From positions 3,100,001-3,133,369 of the forward strand of contig OZ287070.1 of assembly GCA_965645245.1 (NCBI GenBank): DNA of 33,369 bases, written 5' to 3'. Under the pieces are notes generated by a model. It was not told the DNA's origin and made no database searches. It saw nothing but the letters and a program-made list of their open reading frames with translations. The stretch comes from Massalongia carnosa (lineage: Eukaryota). The translations under genes were made by a program, and so were the position numbers. Below are positions 9,563 to 22,993 of this stretch, one piece after another; the stretch's first letter is position 1; each line of letters begins with the position of its first letter.

Positions 9563-10677
9563 ATGCCTTTTACGGAGTCATTGAAAAAATTATGTGGTAG
9601 TCCTCGAAAGTACTCTACTGCTGATGAAGCTGCAGCGGCCAAGAGACGGCAGAGTCAAGGTTATTACCACAATCTATCGCGCCCAGTTGGTCTTGCAGGT
9701 CCCGTCGACTTTGTGCCTACGAGCCTCTATCTACATCCGATTTCCCTAGCGACACCCTGCCAGCCATTGGTCTGCGAACCAGCCTCCACATACCAATCCC
9801 TCCGGATCGCGATATAGCGGAAGAATGTGAGGAAGAGATTGAGCCCGAAGCATACTTAGGATAATCCCCCTCGAACTGTAACTCCAAATTCCCTACCCGA
9901 GGAACCCAAAATCGTTCAACAAGTTGAGAAAATACGAACAGAGGAGGTGACAAATACTGAAGACGCAGACTATGATGTGGAGGTCACGGCACGCTTGGAG
10001 GAGTCGGCAGCCTATCTCGAGGCAGCAGAAGTGCTCTAGGCACTACGAATTGGGGAACAAGAGAGGCAGGAGAGCAGCAAGGCCGGGTCACCGTATTCTG
10101 ACTACGCCGCCCAGCAGTTTAGTGATGTCGAATCAGCAGCACCTAGACACAACAGCACACCAATTCATAGTCCACCGAATACAGATATACAACGGGGCAG
10201 TTCACCGCATACTGCAGGTACATGACGCAGTCACAGCAGGACTTCCAAGCCTCAGTCAAGTAGCACCAGTAGTAGACGTGGGACTTCGTTCCCAACGCCG
10301 ATAAACACGCTATTATCATGGATGAAGCCCATGACAGATGTCGATTCTAGCCCTACTTCGCCCACTTCACGCCCATCTCCAAGCATTGCTATATCTACAC
10401 CTCCGCCCTCGGATTTTCATCAACCTGCTGGATCTGTCGAATCACCACCACCCGTGCCTTCAAGAGAACCCCCCCTAGGCCAAAGTCCACAACCAGCAGT
10501 ACAGCAGGCACCGCGTAGCGCGCAGAGTGCCCACATCGCAAATCCAAGCCCCGATCGACTAGAGAGCACATCCTCTAAGCTGACCAAGCAGCTACGTAAA
10601 TTCCGGTGCTGCACTCATGAGCAGCATACCGAAGCCGATCGGCAGCATGAAGAACACCACCAACGCCGAGGTGTGCA
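9563..10677 (+). pseudogene. Family X copy A1 (5' quarter only, frameshifts and stops)
   Basis: Colinear with 26268-27388; its leader is shared back to about 9307. Confidence 0.85.
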
Positions 10678-11065
10678 AGCGTTGTTGGTTGAGTTGTGAT
10701 AGATAAATGTAAGGTGTCCTTGAGAATTACATGAATTGGAAAGGCGGTCGTGTAACTAACTCGATTCTGCAGGAGCACATTGCCCAATTGAGTTTATTCC
10801 TGATTTTTAGTAACACATAATCCCGATCTGATTCAAGTGATCAAGTGATGTAACTACGAGAAGTGATCATGCGATAAGTAGCTTAGACCTACCATTGATT
10901 TTAAATTCTTAGCTGCCGTTCTGGAGGATTTTATTGATGTGTTCTAGTGTCGCGTACCGCGCTAACCGAATTAGGGTATTTTCCTGAATCCCCCATGTTC
11001 AAGAGTTATCGCGGTCGCTAGTCATCTCTAAGACCTCGACTGCTCAGCGTCACTCTTCCCCGATC

Positions 11066-13818
11066 ATGCCTTCTACGGAGCCATAGAAAAAACCAGGTGG
11101 TAGGCCTCGAAAGTACTCTACTGCTGATGAAGCTGCAGCGGCCAAGAGACGGCAAAGTCGAGGTTATTACCACAATCCATCGCGCCCGGTTGGTCTTGCA
11201 GGTCCCGTCGACTTTGATGCCTACGAGCCTCTACCTACATCCGATATCCCTAGCGACACCCTGCCAGCCATTGGTCTGCGAAGCAGCCTCCACATACCAA
11301 TCCCTCCGGATCGCGATATAGCGGAAGACTGTGAGGAAGAGCTGGAACCCGAAGCATTCCTAACCCAGATCAACCCCCCTCGAACTACAACTCCAGATTC
11401 CCTGCATGAGGAGCCCGAAATCATTCGACAAGTTGAGAAAATACGCACAGAGGAGGTGACAAACACTGAAGACGCAGAATTTGATGCGGAGGTCACGGCA
11501 CGCTTGGAGGAGTCGGCAGCCCATCTCGAGGCAGCAGCAGTGCTCCAGGCACTACGAATTGGGCAACAAGAGAGGCAGGAGAGCAGCAAGGCCGGGTCAC
11601 AGTATTCTGACTACGCCGCCTAGTAGTTCAGTGATGTCGAATCAGTAGCACCTAGACACAACAGAACACCGATTCATAGTCCACCGAATACAAATATACA
11701 ACAGGGCAGTTCACCGCATACTGCAGATACAAAAATACAGCATACCGCGTAGCGCGCAGAGTGCCCACATCGCAAATCTGAGCCCTGATCAACTAGAGAG
11801 CACATCCTCTAAGCTGGCAAAGTAGCTACGTAAATTCCGGTGCTGCACTCATGAGCAGCATACCGAAGCCGATCGCCAGCATGAAGAACACCAACAACGC
11901 CGAGATGTGCACTCAGAGTGCTCATCTATACCTGATATTACTTCCATTGTTAAACGGTTACACAATGGGGGCATTCCGCTTCCCGATGTCCTCAAAAGCC
12001 CCGGCCTGATGAGAGCCACCGATATCCAGATCGTCGGCTGCAAGGCGGCATTCGAAGGCACTGCTAGTGCTCGCCTGGACGAAGCCACTCCCCATAACGA
12101 TGGACTACCTCCGTGTCTTTGCCTGTCCAAGAAATACGCTACGAGTCGGAAGAATCGTCAACCAAGGGTTAGTTTCGACATCGACAGCACCTGTTGTTTC
12201 CCCAAGAGTCTCGGGTTTGCGCGTCGCGGGATAGAGTGGTTCCCCAAGGCCCATCCCGTCCTCAATCTCACGGGCGACATACACTTTGGGTTGAAGGTCC
12301 TGGTTACACGATCAAGGACAATCCATTCCTAAGCTATGTCCCGCTGCATAAGACACCCCACTACTGCTTTGGGTGCGTGGTTGGCATGATCGATCTTCTC
12401 ATTTTTATCTTCTTTCCCGCCCTGCACAAAGAGAACGATCATGAGCATACCTCGTATCTCAGTAAGTGCGACGAGCAGCTCTGGTTGGATGACATCCTCC
12501 TTCCCTGTATCACCAAGGTTGTTAAGTCTTCCAACATACTGCTGAACTATCCGGCCTCTTCTCGCATAGCCGACCTTGCATTCACGGCGATATCTGCAGA
12601 GAGCCTCAAACGGAAGGAGTCTGCCAACCAGCAGTTAGTTGCCCATACGATCCAGCCATGGTACCTCGATGAGCTCTTTACCTGGGTTGGTAGGACCATA
12701 GATGAGAATCCTAGGTTTCATCGGTTCCAAGGCGCAACACTGTTCACGCAGTCCAAGAGCACCAAGCTGGCAACTAATAACTCTACTGGTTTGGTCGAAG
12801 CATACAATGGCTGGAAGAGGCAGTGGCTGGATGCAGCAGATCCGGAATTCTACAATCCAGATCGCACCTTTGTGGACATTGCAAAGCAAATCACCTCATA
12901 GGACAGCGCGCTTCCTTATGATTAGATACAAGGGAACCACGAAGCCGAGGTGTTCCTGTGGAAGAAATGCTGCCTAGATGGGTATTGCAGGACGAGGATG
13001 ATCCTCAACCCGGATGGAAGCAAGGCTAAAGGGAACCCGAAGCGTACTGTATACTCCTCGGCTACCATGCGAGATACGATGAGCCAGACGCTGTTTGCTG
13101 CACCGCAGGGTGACGAGACCAAGGATGGGCTGATATATTCTCAGTTCTATATGCTGGCCAAGACTCTATTCGACTCTTCGAAAATGTACGTCTTTACTAA
13201 CGACTCAGTGGAGAACCTAGCCCTGTACTCTGGATATGTGCGTTCTCTGCAATAGGATGGCGGAGGTATCACGTTCTCTAGGGGCGTGTGCGAGTTTGCC
13301 TATCTCCACAGCAAGAAGCGGGCTCATGCAAACCTCATGGACAGTCGCTGGAAGTCTTATGGAGTGAGGGAAGAACATCGGATATCCCTAATCATGATGG
13401 TGGAGATATATGAACAGTGGTGCCAGTGGGACCTCTACGACGCAGACGACATAGCAGACATCCCGTCTCCACTGCCATATTACGTTGTACCTACAAGCGA
13501 CTTTGTATGCCTCCTCCACGCATAGATCAACAAATACTGCTTCCTGTTCAAGCATGTCCTTGCCCACACAACTAAGACGTACTCCCTGCCAGAGATGATC
13601 ATCATGGTTGTTGCGCTGCGGGGACTCCGCTTCTGCTACGGTGGAAATATGCTGGTGCGGGAGTTCCTACTGTTTAAGGACCGGTGGAGGGTTGTCCAAG
13701 GAGGGAAGACCATCGTCAAGGAAGGACTCGGGATGAAGGAGAGTATAGAGCTATCCAGGTTAGGGTGGTTCAAGCCTAAGATCAACTGGGAGACGTGGCG
13801 TCTAACCTATATGCTTAA
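11066..13818 (+). pseudogene. Family X copy A2 (two internal deletions, several CAG->TAG stops, retains the native stop codon)
   Basis: Colinear with 26268-29278; deletion near 11731; at 13800/13801 it jumps to the last 18 nt of the gene (tctaacc.atatgcttaa). Confidence 0.9.
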
Positions 13819-13914
13819 TTGAATTGGGGGCTCCATTCAATAAAACTCTTTGTGATCAGATTTACTTAAGCGGCGTACTAGTCATCTGGGGGGGCCCCAT
13901 TCAATTAATTTCAA
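13819..13914 (+). other. 96-bp 3' terminal module of family X, variant A
   Basis: Gap-free alignment to 30549-30644; homology stops after TTTCAA. Confidence 0.75.
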
Positions 13915-13974
13915 CCCAATTCATTTACAAGAAGAGCCCAGATTTATTCCAGAAACTTGGAGCAGATAGCCTCC

Positions 13975-15012
13975 TGCCAGGGTTGCTAGCACCCGCACCA
14001 TGTGCTCATGGGATTTCGGGACCTGGTTTGAACTGAATTCGGTGTTGATACTGGGACGAATGTTCTCCAGTGCTCTTTGACTGGGGACCCTTATTCGTCC
14101 AGATCTTCGAGGTTCGATGGGCTGGCGAGGAATGTCCTCCACTTCATCGGAGTCACTCTCCTCCCCATTCTCCTCTTCTCGGCCTCCCCCCGAAGCATTT
14201 ACTCCTATTGGATGTAGCATTATCCGTGGTGCTGGTGGGGCCGCTTCATTTTGAAATTCCGAACTTCTCGATAATTCAGAGCTCGGAGTTTTCGGAGACA
14301 AAGAAGATGGCGGATTATGACTTTTGTTTTCATCAATAAAATCATCTGGGTCATCAAACAAAGCATCATCGTCTCCCTCCCATGGAATGTCGGCTAGGTC
14401 CTATGCCTTTTTGTCCTTGGAATCATATATATTGCCTTCGTCGACGGTGATATCGCGACAAACTTGGACTTTTCCAGTGAGAGGATCGTAAATTCGATAC
14501 TGATTGTTTCCTTTATACCCAACAAATATCCCCCGCCAGGACTGATCGTTCAGCTTCTTGCGCTTCTCTTTTGGGATATTTACCCACGTCCTTGCCCCGA
14601 CCGTTCTCATATGGCCGAGGAAGGGTTTCGCATTGTTCATGCGTTCATATGGAGTGACCTTCTCGACCCCAGGACTTCTATTCTTGATGTACCCGGCCAT
14701 CTTCAGGACCTCCCCCCAAAGGGACTTTGGGACTTTTTTAGCCTTCATCATGGACCGAGTGGGGACCATGAGGGTATAATTTTGCCTTTCGGCCTTCCCA
14801 TTCTGTTCTGGCACATTTGGTGCCCGGGCCTCCCACTGGATGGCTTCACTCTTTAGGAATTCCTGAAAGTCACCACTGGTGTACTCCCCTCCTCCATCAG
14901 CTCGGAGTATCATTATTTTCTTTCCCGATTGATTTTCTATCCATGTCTTGAACTGCTTAAAACATTCGAAGGTTTGACCCTTTGTTTTCAGCAGGTAGAT
15001 CCACACTACCCC
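13975..15012 (-). pseudogene. Ty1/copia integrase core and downstream linker fragment
   Basis: WIYLLKTK...ILRADGGGEYTS...PEQNGKAER...LWGE...GIFVGY...YRIYDP; internal TAG at 14401; no LTRs; boundaries approximate. Confidence 0.9.
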
Positions 15013-15213
15013 TAACTGTAGAAATCGCCCGTTGTGCGGCGTAACACGAAACGCGTAAGGCGTGATTGGCTGATTTCCCCCCGCTTCGGCGTCGGCACGC
15101 ACCGCTGCACCGTAAAACGTGCACCATAACACGAGAATCCCCGTCGCTGGCAACGCGACCTCTAATCGCCCCACGAGGGAGCTGGGAAGCGGCTAGGGCA
15201 TAGGGAGAGGATC

Positions 15214-18200
15214 ATGAGCGCCCGTTTGGTCTATCTGCCGGAATGGCGGGTGCTGGTGTGCGAAGAGTGCGGCTTTGGCCTCCGTCCCGGTCGCGGCGTT
15301 TGGGTTCGGCACCTGAGGCAAGCACCGCATTGCTTGAAGGGCCCCGAGCTCCGGGCCCAGGTCGAGCTGTTCGAGAGATACGACCTCTGCGCGCCGGAGC
15401 AGGAGCTCGCGCAGCTGCCGGCCCATGCGATCCCCGGATTACGGCTCCTCGACGGTTTCCAGTGCTTGACCTGCGCGGCTGGTCTTACCCAAAGCCTCCA
15501 AGCTATCGAACGGCACGTGTCAAAAGCCCACCAGCTCAAGCCTGCATGGCATAAGAAGAACCCCCTCTGGCGGTCGTGCAAACTCCAGACTGTCTTTGCC
15601 GAGAATCGCTTAGTTCGGTATTTTGTGGTAGAGGATGAGGGAAGAGCAGAGGACCAGGGAGCTCCGGATACAGGAGCGCGGATAGCTTGGGTTCAGGGGA
15701 CGAAGACTTCTTTCAGCTGCTCGACCAGGACGCCGCTGTTGCAGAGGAGGATGCTAAGGCAGAGGCCAACATCGTTCATGGCTTCGATGGTCACCGATCC
15801 GCTGTGGTGCCGTGGCTGAGACGGACGGGCATCGAGGAGCACACGCGGGGCTTAAAGAAGGACGAGATGCACGCCTCTTTTGCAGTACTGAAGGCTGCCG
15901 AGAGCGAGCCCGAGCCGTTCCTGATGCTAGAGGTGATGGACGAGATCTTTCTAGAGGCGCACAGCTGGTGCTTCGATGGCCCCAACTGCATGCTGACCTG
16001 GCCACGGCAGCTGGCATTGAGCCGCTTCCATACTGCCGCTGCCCCAGGGCAGAAGACGCGCGTTCGACCCGAAGAAGGAGCCTAATACGCTCAAGACCAA
16101 CTTCGGCTACTGGAAGCAGTTCTTGACCTACAGCTACCGGGTGGCCTACTGGGGCGACCACTTCACCGCGGCCGACAGCGACCAGCGGACCCCCGAGAGC
16201 CATATCCAGCTCACGGGTGCTCAGGAGAATGCGTGGGAAGTGGCTTTCCAAAATGCCGTCGAGCAAGACGGGCCTGCGCTGAGAAAGGCCATGTCGGTGC
16301 TCTCAATAGCGCTGATCTGCCACGAATTTGGAGGCAATCGGTACAGCTCCTCACTGCTCAGCTTCTGCGCCATGCTCAGCGTCAAGCCACACACCAAGAC
16401 TTGGAAGGAGCCGGGCAATTACAATAGCTGCTTGTCCGGCGTAATCTGGATTGTGCAGCTAATCATCTTCCACGCCAGCGCCTGTCTGGAGAAGGCGGAG
16501 CTAGGGGATACACTCGAGCGCATTGAGCAGTATTGCGGGCAGTTCTTGAAGCAGGACACCGAGACTCCTATGGGCGAGATCCTCGGCTGGCGCTTGCTGC
16601 TGTTTACTGTCTCGAAGGCGGTTGTTGGGCCGCACCAAGCGCAGTGGGATGTGGACGAGAAGGTCCTGACCTACCGAGACGTTGATTTGCATATGGATCA
16701 CGTGCCGCGGCTCTTACTCTCCGAGTTCCAGCAAGCCCAGCACCTACTCTACGACGAGCTGATATTCGGGACCCAGAACCTTCCGCGGATGCGTGCTTGG
16801 GCATTAAAGGACAACTTAGACGCCGATGCCTTTGGCTAGTTCTTGGCCAGCACCGGGTGAACTTTGAGCTGGTAAAGCCACTGGCGAGGTCTTTGCTAAC
16901 CGTTATCCAAGACTCGAAGCCGTTGCGGGACTCGTTCCTGGATGCCAACGCGGATGGCGCTAAGGTCTGGCGGGAGAAAGCGATTGAACGGTATGAGGCC
17001 GTGGCTAACGAGTTCCTGATAAGGCTCTTAGTCTTGATCCACATGGGCTCTGGCCAGCCTCTGCGCGAGAGTGAACTGTTCTCCGTCACCTGGCGTAACA
17101 CCCAGCGGCGGCGAAGCGTCTACCTCAAGCACGGGCTAGTCATGCTGCACACCACATACCACAAAGGTCAGCAGCAGACGGGCAAGTTTAAGGATAATAT
17201 CCGGTTCTTGACTGCACCTATTGGAGACCTCTTGCTGGACTACTTGGTAGTTGTAGTCCCGCTCCTCCAGGTCTTCCTCCGCCGGTCTGCCCCGCATGCC
17301 CTTATCTCTCCGTACTTGTGGTGGCAAGACGGCAAGGTCTGGGCGGAAAACCGGCTCACGCGGTGCATGGAGCAGGCGTGTAGTCGGGCCAGCGTCCCCC
17401 GGCTACACATTGCCAACTGGCGGCAGATGACGGTCAATATCGTCAAAACTAAGTTTGCAGCTGACGTTGGGTGCTTTGAGGTTGACGACGGGGCTAACGA
17501 CGAGGATGCAGAAGAGATCGAGGCGGACATTCGGATTATGACCAAGCAGCGGAGCCATAGTACGCGGACTGTCAACCGGGCATATGCAAACCAGCACAAT
17601 GCTAACTTTGGGAACGTGTGGGATGGCCTTATCCGCCGGAATCTGCGTGCTTCAACTCTGTGGAAGGACTTGTGGGGGCTTGACCAGCTGCTTGGACCTG
17701 CTGGGAAGAGGAAGCGGGATGGTGAAGACATTGGTGGTCCGCAAATGCTCAAGAAGATCGCCATGGGGGTCTACCGGCCACGGAAGAAGTGGTCAGCTGC
17801 GGCTCTGCTGAACAGTGCAAGAAAGCTGTACCTAGATAACACGCTGAAGTGGAAGTCAGCAGCGCAGGAGCGGGCTATGACTACTATCATGTCATGGACT
17901 GAGCAGGTGGTAGTTATCATGGCTACTGGCGAAGGGAAGAGCCTGCTGTTCATGCTGCCTTGCATCCTCCCGGACGCTGGGGTGACGATCTTGGTCTTGC
18001 CACTCGTATCTTTACGAGGAGATCTCCTCCGCCGAGTTGGAGAATTGGGGATCGATTACTTGGTGTGATCGCCTAGCGAGCAAAGAGATGCGCCTTTGCT
18101 GTTTGTCACAGTTAAAGCAACATGTACGGAACAGTTTCGGACTTACGCCCACAAGCTCGCGGCTACGCAAGACCTCGGGCGCATTATATTGGACGAGGCT

Positions 18201-19532
18201 CACTTGACTATCACAGCGTCCGACTATCGCGAGGCTATGGTTGACCTCGCCCTGATCCGCAACGTCCGTACGCAGTTTGTTTACTTAACAGCTACTCTAC
18301 CACCGACAATACAAGCTAGATTTGAAGAGCAGAACAACTTGGTGAACCCCAAGGTGATTCGAGCATCGACGAACCGGCGAAATCTGTTCTATATGGTACA
18401 GCGGGCCACTGGGCGAGGAAGTCTGCTCGAAGAGGGCACGCGGAGGGCAAGGGAGGCGTGGGAGAATAGCCAGCTCTTGGATCGGGCTCGAGATAAGATC
18501 ATCTTATACGTTCGGACAAAGGAAGATGCTGCTACGCTGGCTGAGCTACTCTGCTGCTCCCAGTACACAGCTGATATAGGCACGGCTGAGCAGAAGGAGG
18601 AGCTGCTGAGAATGTGGCCTGCCTCCTCGGACCAGCCGTACATGGTGGCCACGTCTGCATTAAGCGCTGGCTTCGACTATGCCCACGTTCGCTTAGTTGT
18701 GCATGTCAAGGAGCCGTCGTCTTTAGTCGACTTCGCCCCTGAGTCTGGTCGGGCCGGGCGGGATAGAAAGGAGGCGTACTCGCTAGTCCTTCTCTCACCT
18801 ACATGGAAGCCGCAAGCCGCTGAGAGAACCGCGGTCGAGAGAAGAGCGCTGCACCGCTACCTCCTCGGGCAGGACTGCCGCCGGGCATGCTTGAGTGAGC
18901 ACCTCGACTCGGAGCCGTATTGGCGACAGTGTCAGGCTGACGAGGACGTTGTATGCGACGTATGCAGCGCCGGCCCAGCTCTCGCTCCGTCTTCCGCTCC
19001 GTCTCCCGAGCCGGCTCTTCAGTATACTGGCAGTGCAGCTATTCAGGAGAAGCGACGTCGAGCCGAGCTCGAGTTAAGCGGGTACCAGGAGGACCTGCTC
19101 GCAGTTCAAGGCACGCGTCTGCTCTGCCGGGCATCCGACGATGCCTGAGACCACGTCTTCCCTACGTGCTGGCGTCGGTTCGAGTTCTTTGAGGCTCGCA
19201 ATCGTGTTAAAAAAGCGAAGCAAGGAGGGCAGTGGATTACTCCGTACCACGCATGCTACTGGTGCTATAATCCCAAGGCGGTCTGTCCGCGAGCGGACCC
19301 AAAGAGTAACTGCCAGAGCTGCCTCTACGCGGACATTGTCATGCCGCTCTGCTATGGCATCTTCCACGGAGGCGGGGCCGAGCAGTGGCTAGAAGAGCGG
19401 TTTCAGCGGACGTTTACAGACGTCGATGACTTTCTTAAGTGGTGTGGTCAGGCAGCTAGCTTCGGCGGGGGTAAGGCAATCTGGGGAGTCTGTGTAGCTG
19501 CGGCTGCCTTAATTCAATTTAAGTTATACTAG
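15214..19532 (+). pseudogene. TLH: Telomere-linked RecQ-like helicase (TLH family), ~1440 codons: N-terminal Zn fingers, YR-like domain, SF2 helicase, Cys-rich C-terminus
   Basis: CEEC..HLRQAPH and CLTC..HVSKAH; Walker A ATGEGKS, LDEAH, TAT, ESGRAGRD, CRR..C..CDVC. Three frameshifts (~15680, ~16060, ~16845) and TGG-derived stops at 16837, 18066 and 19146. Confidence 0.88.
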
Positions 19533-20007
19533 GCTAGGTGTAAGGTAAAACGGGAGTTTAGACTAGGGTTGAGTTAATTATAAATTTAAAGTATAAAGTA
19601 TCGAATAGAGAAGGATTAATTATGAATAGGCAAATAGGCCTTAGGGTCGATGCCTACTCCCCAGATTTCCTTCGCTTTTGCCTTTGCCTCAACTAATATA
19701 CGGGCGTGAGTAAGCCGAGGCACAGCCTACGACCCCCCCCTCGGCCGCTGACCCAATCCCTGGCGAGGTGCCCACGCCAGCCAGACCTAGGGTATTACAT
19801 GATAGCCTAGATCCTACAAACACTGATTCTCCTCTATCCGAGCGGACGGCTCTACAGCTAGCCAAGCAGGTCCAGAAATTTTCGGGCTGTACACACGAGG
19901 AACATGCGGAGGCAGAAGGCAAGCACCAGACACATCACCGACGCCCCGATGTACATTCAGAGTACTTCTCTATTCCGGGGATCACCTCGATACTTAGGGG
20001 GAGCTAT

Positions 20008-22758
20008 TGAAGAAGGGTAGTCATGCGTGCTAATGGAAGGTGGTGGTACGTAATGATAGATGGCGAACTGAGCAGTGAACACACACACACACAAAACGAC
20101 TGAATGGACCTTCAACTGCATAGACATGAAAAGAACTCGACGACTGAACGACTAGTTGATGCATGAAATGAACATGGGTCGATGACTACGTGACACGACG
20201 ATGATGATGACAGCGTAGGTGATAGAAGATGATGTCCGGAGATGATGAAGAAAACGCCAGCAAAAAACCCGTTTTATCCCCACACAGGCCTGCCATGTCA
20301 CCTGACCATAGATGACACATGTCGCCCCACCACATAGCCTCACACCCCAAAGATGCCGTCCCCTGGCATCTGTCAACACTTCGCCAGCTCACCTCTCCTG
20401 ACCGATCAGATCTCGTCTCTGAGCCCTCGCCTCGCCTCTAGTCTGTCCGCCTTACTAGTCTGCCCTGCGGGCCAATCACAGGTCACATGATCACTTCACA
20501 TGTGAAAAACACGACTCACATCGACCCCTTTCCGCTGCTGAATAGCCTCTATCATCGTCACTATTGCCTGCCAGCCCTCGGGCGTGGACACGAACTGAAT
20601 AAATCGTTGTTGACTGACTGATGGGTCTGTTGACGGTGATCCGGACGACTGCATGGAGTTAGCCTGAGGCGGAATGAACGCACCGCTCGCCCGATAGGCC
20701 TCAAATGTTGACGACGTGACCGTTTCAGGTAATGGCAAGGCATCAACCGGTGGTGCAGCTGGTAGGGCTGATGATAACGACGGAGGTGCTGACGATGCTG
20801 GTGCTGACGCAGACTGATTAGATATGCCGGGCCTGTCAAATGGAGCGGAACAATATGAAGCCGGAGGTGCAGGTAGTGTCCAGCGCGTACGTTTTACACG
20901 TCTAGCCCGTGCGTGCCTAGCTCGGTCTGACTACCATGGCCCTGACCTACATGGAGGTGGAAACGACCTCACCCGATTGGCTGACACGGTGGCACTAGCT
21001 GATAACCGTGCGAGAATTTCTTTCACTTTTGTCAGCAACTCGGTCAAAATCTCTCGACCCACGACAGTGTGCAGCAATATTTTCGTGTTATCAGCACCTG
21101 CTAGTTGATTTAGGGCTTCCGAAAGGGGAAGGCTAGACAGTCGACATATAGGAACTATCCAGGTGGAGGACTGCAAATATAAAAACCCTAGTGCTCGACG
21201 AGAGATAGCTGACTGAATGAGCGGCATTGTAGACAGATATTCATCGACATTTGCCGAAACGAGGTCACTAATTGAACGAATGATGACGCTGAATGTGTTG
21301 AACGTGCTGAACGAGAAGGTGCTAAATAGTCGTCAATTTCGACGTAGCTGACGTCCGGAAGACGTCCGGCTATAGCTAGCTCCACATTGGCCTCAGAGGC
21401 TGAATGAAATGATGTTGATTTTGGCCCTTCCGGCCCACGTGTAGATGACTCAATTGCTGACTCAGTATCAGCTGACTCGATAGCGGTGATGACAGGTGCC
21501 GAAGACACGGCAGAACGAAAAGCGGTGACGGGTGACGGTGGTGCGGTAGACGGTGCAGACATGAACGGTGCAGACGGTGCAGACGGTGCAGATATATTGA
21601 CCGGTTGTGACACGGCGACTGCTGGACAAATAGGCAGCGATTCTGGACAGTTTGTATGGGCCACATAGGCCATTTGTACCCCATATTTCGCGAACAATTC
21701 CACCATGCTCATGTATGACCTTGTTGATGCAACCGAGGCAGTTGATGATGACACTGACGGTGCTAATGAATTGACAGACGATGCCCTCGACACGGAGATG
21801 GACCGGCGCTGTCTCGACAGATGACGTCGCTGTCGCTTGCTCATAGGTGCGCTGGGTGAAGAAGATGAAGCAGATAAAGGTTAAGATGTAGATGGAGGTG
21901 TACTAGTGCTAGAGCTTGGTGCACTAGTGGTGGACGTGGAAGTGGACGACTCGAACGACTCGGACGACTCGGAGGCAGAAACGGATGCTCTTTTGGTAGG
22001 CCTACCACGTTTCGCTCGATTATGGTGTCGCTGTCGTTGACGTGCTCGTTTTGATGGTAGTGGAGTAGGTGAGGTCGGTATAGTACTCTCGGACACGGTC
22101 GCATTGGCCCAAATGCAGAAGGTAATGCACGAGGACATGGCCATCAGCGCAGTGAAAAGAATGATTAGAGAGTTCCTGGAATGTACGTCTAAAACGCATG
22201 CAGTAGGTGCTGGGATGGTAACGGAAGCGGTAGCGGTGGTAAAGAAGCTGATGGGGGCCATGTTGCTCGATTTGGTGCTGAAGGACTCGGTCGTGCACGG
22301 TCGGAGGTAGAGTAGTCAGAGTGATCAGAGGTGAAACAAGGAGGTTTTTCGACGTTTGATGCTCAGTTCAACCGCTCAATTGTACCAGTACAATCATATA
22401 TCGCACCGTGGTCGCGAATGAAGATTGGTAGTCGTGCGTGCTAATGGAAGGTGGTGGTACGGGATGATAGATGGCGAACTGAGCAGTGAACATACACACA
22501 TACACAAACGTCTGAATGGACCTACGACTGTATAGACATGAAATGAACTCGACAACTGAACGACTAAACGACTAGCTGATGCGCGAAAAGAACCTGTATC
22601 GATGACTACGTGACACGACGATAATGATGACAGCGTAGGTGATAGAAGATGATGTCTGGAGATGATGAAGAAAACGCCAGCAAAAAACCCGTTTTATCCC
22701 CACACAGGCCTGCTATGTCACCTGACCATAGATGACACATGTCGCCCCACCACACCAA
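20008..22758 (-). mobile_element. Non-autonomous LTR element without pol; complete LTR 20008-~20520, truncated LTR 22419-~22754
   Basis: Direct repeats 20008-20334 and 22419-22754, both starting TGAAGA; minus-strand PPT-like GGAAAGGGG just before TGTGAG at 20520; degenerate Ser/Thr/Pro-rich ORF inside. Confidence 0.75.
20496..22261 (-). pseudogene. Degenerate Ser/Thr/Pro-rich ORF of unknown function with an N-terminal hydrophobic segment
   Basis: 22261-21881 and 21844-21188 are in the same frame across one TAA; further ORF pieces run to 20496. Confidence 0.45.
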
Positions 22759-22882
22759 GCCGGAGGAAGGCCACTGCCGGATGTCCTCAGTAACAGCAAC
22801 AGCCTTGGATTTGCATGCCGAGGTGTCGACTGGTTTCCTAGAGTCTACCCTTTACTCAAACTTACGGCGAATATACATTTTG

Positions 22883-22993
22883 TACGCAGCGGAATAGGTT
22901 TGGTTGGGTTCGGTTATTAAAATCAGAACCCAACCAAATAGGTTTTTTGTTGGGTTGGGTTATCGTTGGGTTACCCAACAGAAAAAATCTGCG
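22883..22993. mobile_element. Possible DNA-transposon terminus with clustered TTGGGTT/AACCCAA motifs
   Basis: Starts abruptly where copy C homology ends; about five short motifs in both orientations, as in hAT-type subterminal regions; no partner end found. Confidence 0.35.

Larger units (their letters stand above)
19768..22882 (+). pseudogene. Family X copy C: diverged paralogue fragment split by the 20008-22758 insertion
   Basis: LAKQVQKFSGCTHEEH...DVHSE..SIPGITSILRGSY | AGGRPLPDVL..SLGFACRGVDWFPRVYPLLKLTANIHF aligns to B2 LAKQLRKFRCCTHEQH...PLPDVL...SLGFARRGIEWFP. Confidence 0.8.

Noticed and set aside
15013..15174. N-terminal extension of the 257-aa copia ORF
   Set aside because: Chance open frame across the copia/TLH-leader junction; no integrase similarity before VVWIYLL
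15231..19367. Many short antisense and alternate-frame ORFs over TLH, family X and RT
   Set aside because: Shadows of GC-rich coding frames with no independent motifs
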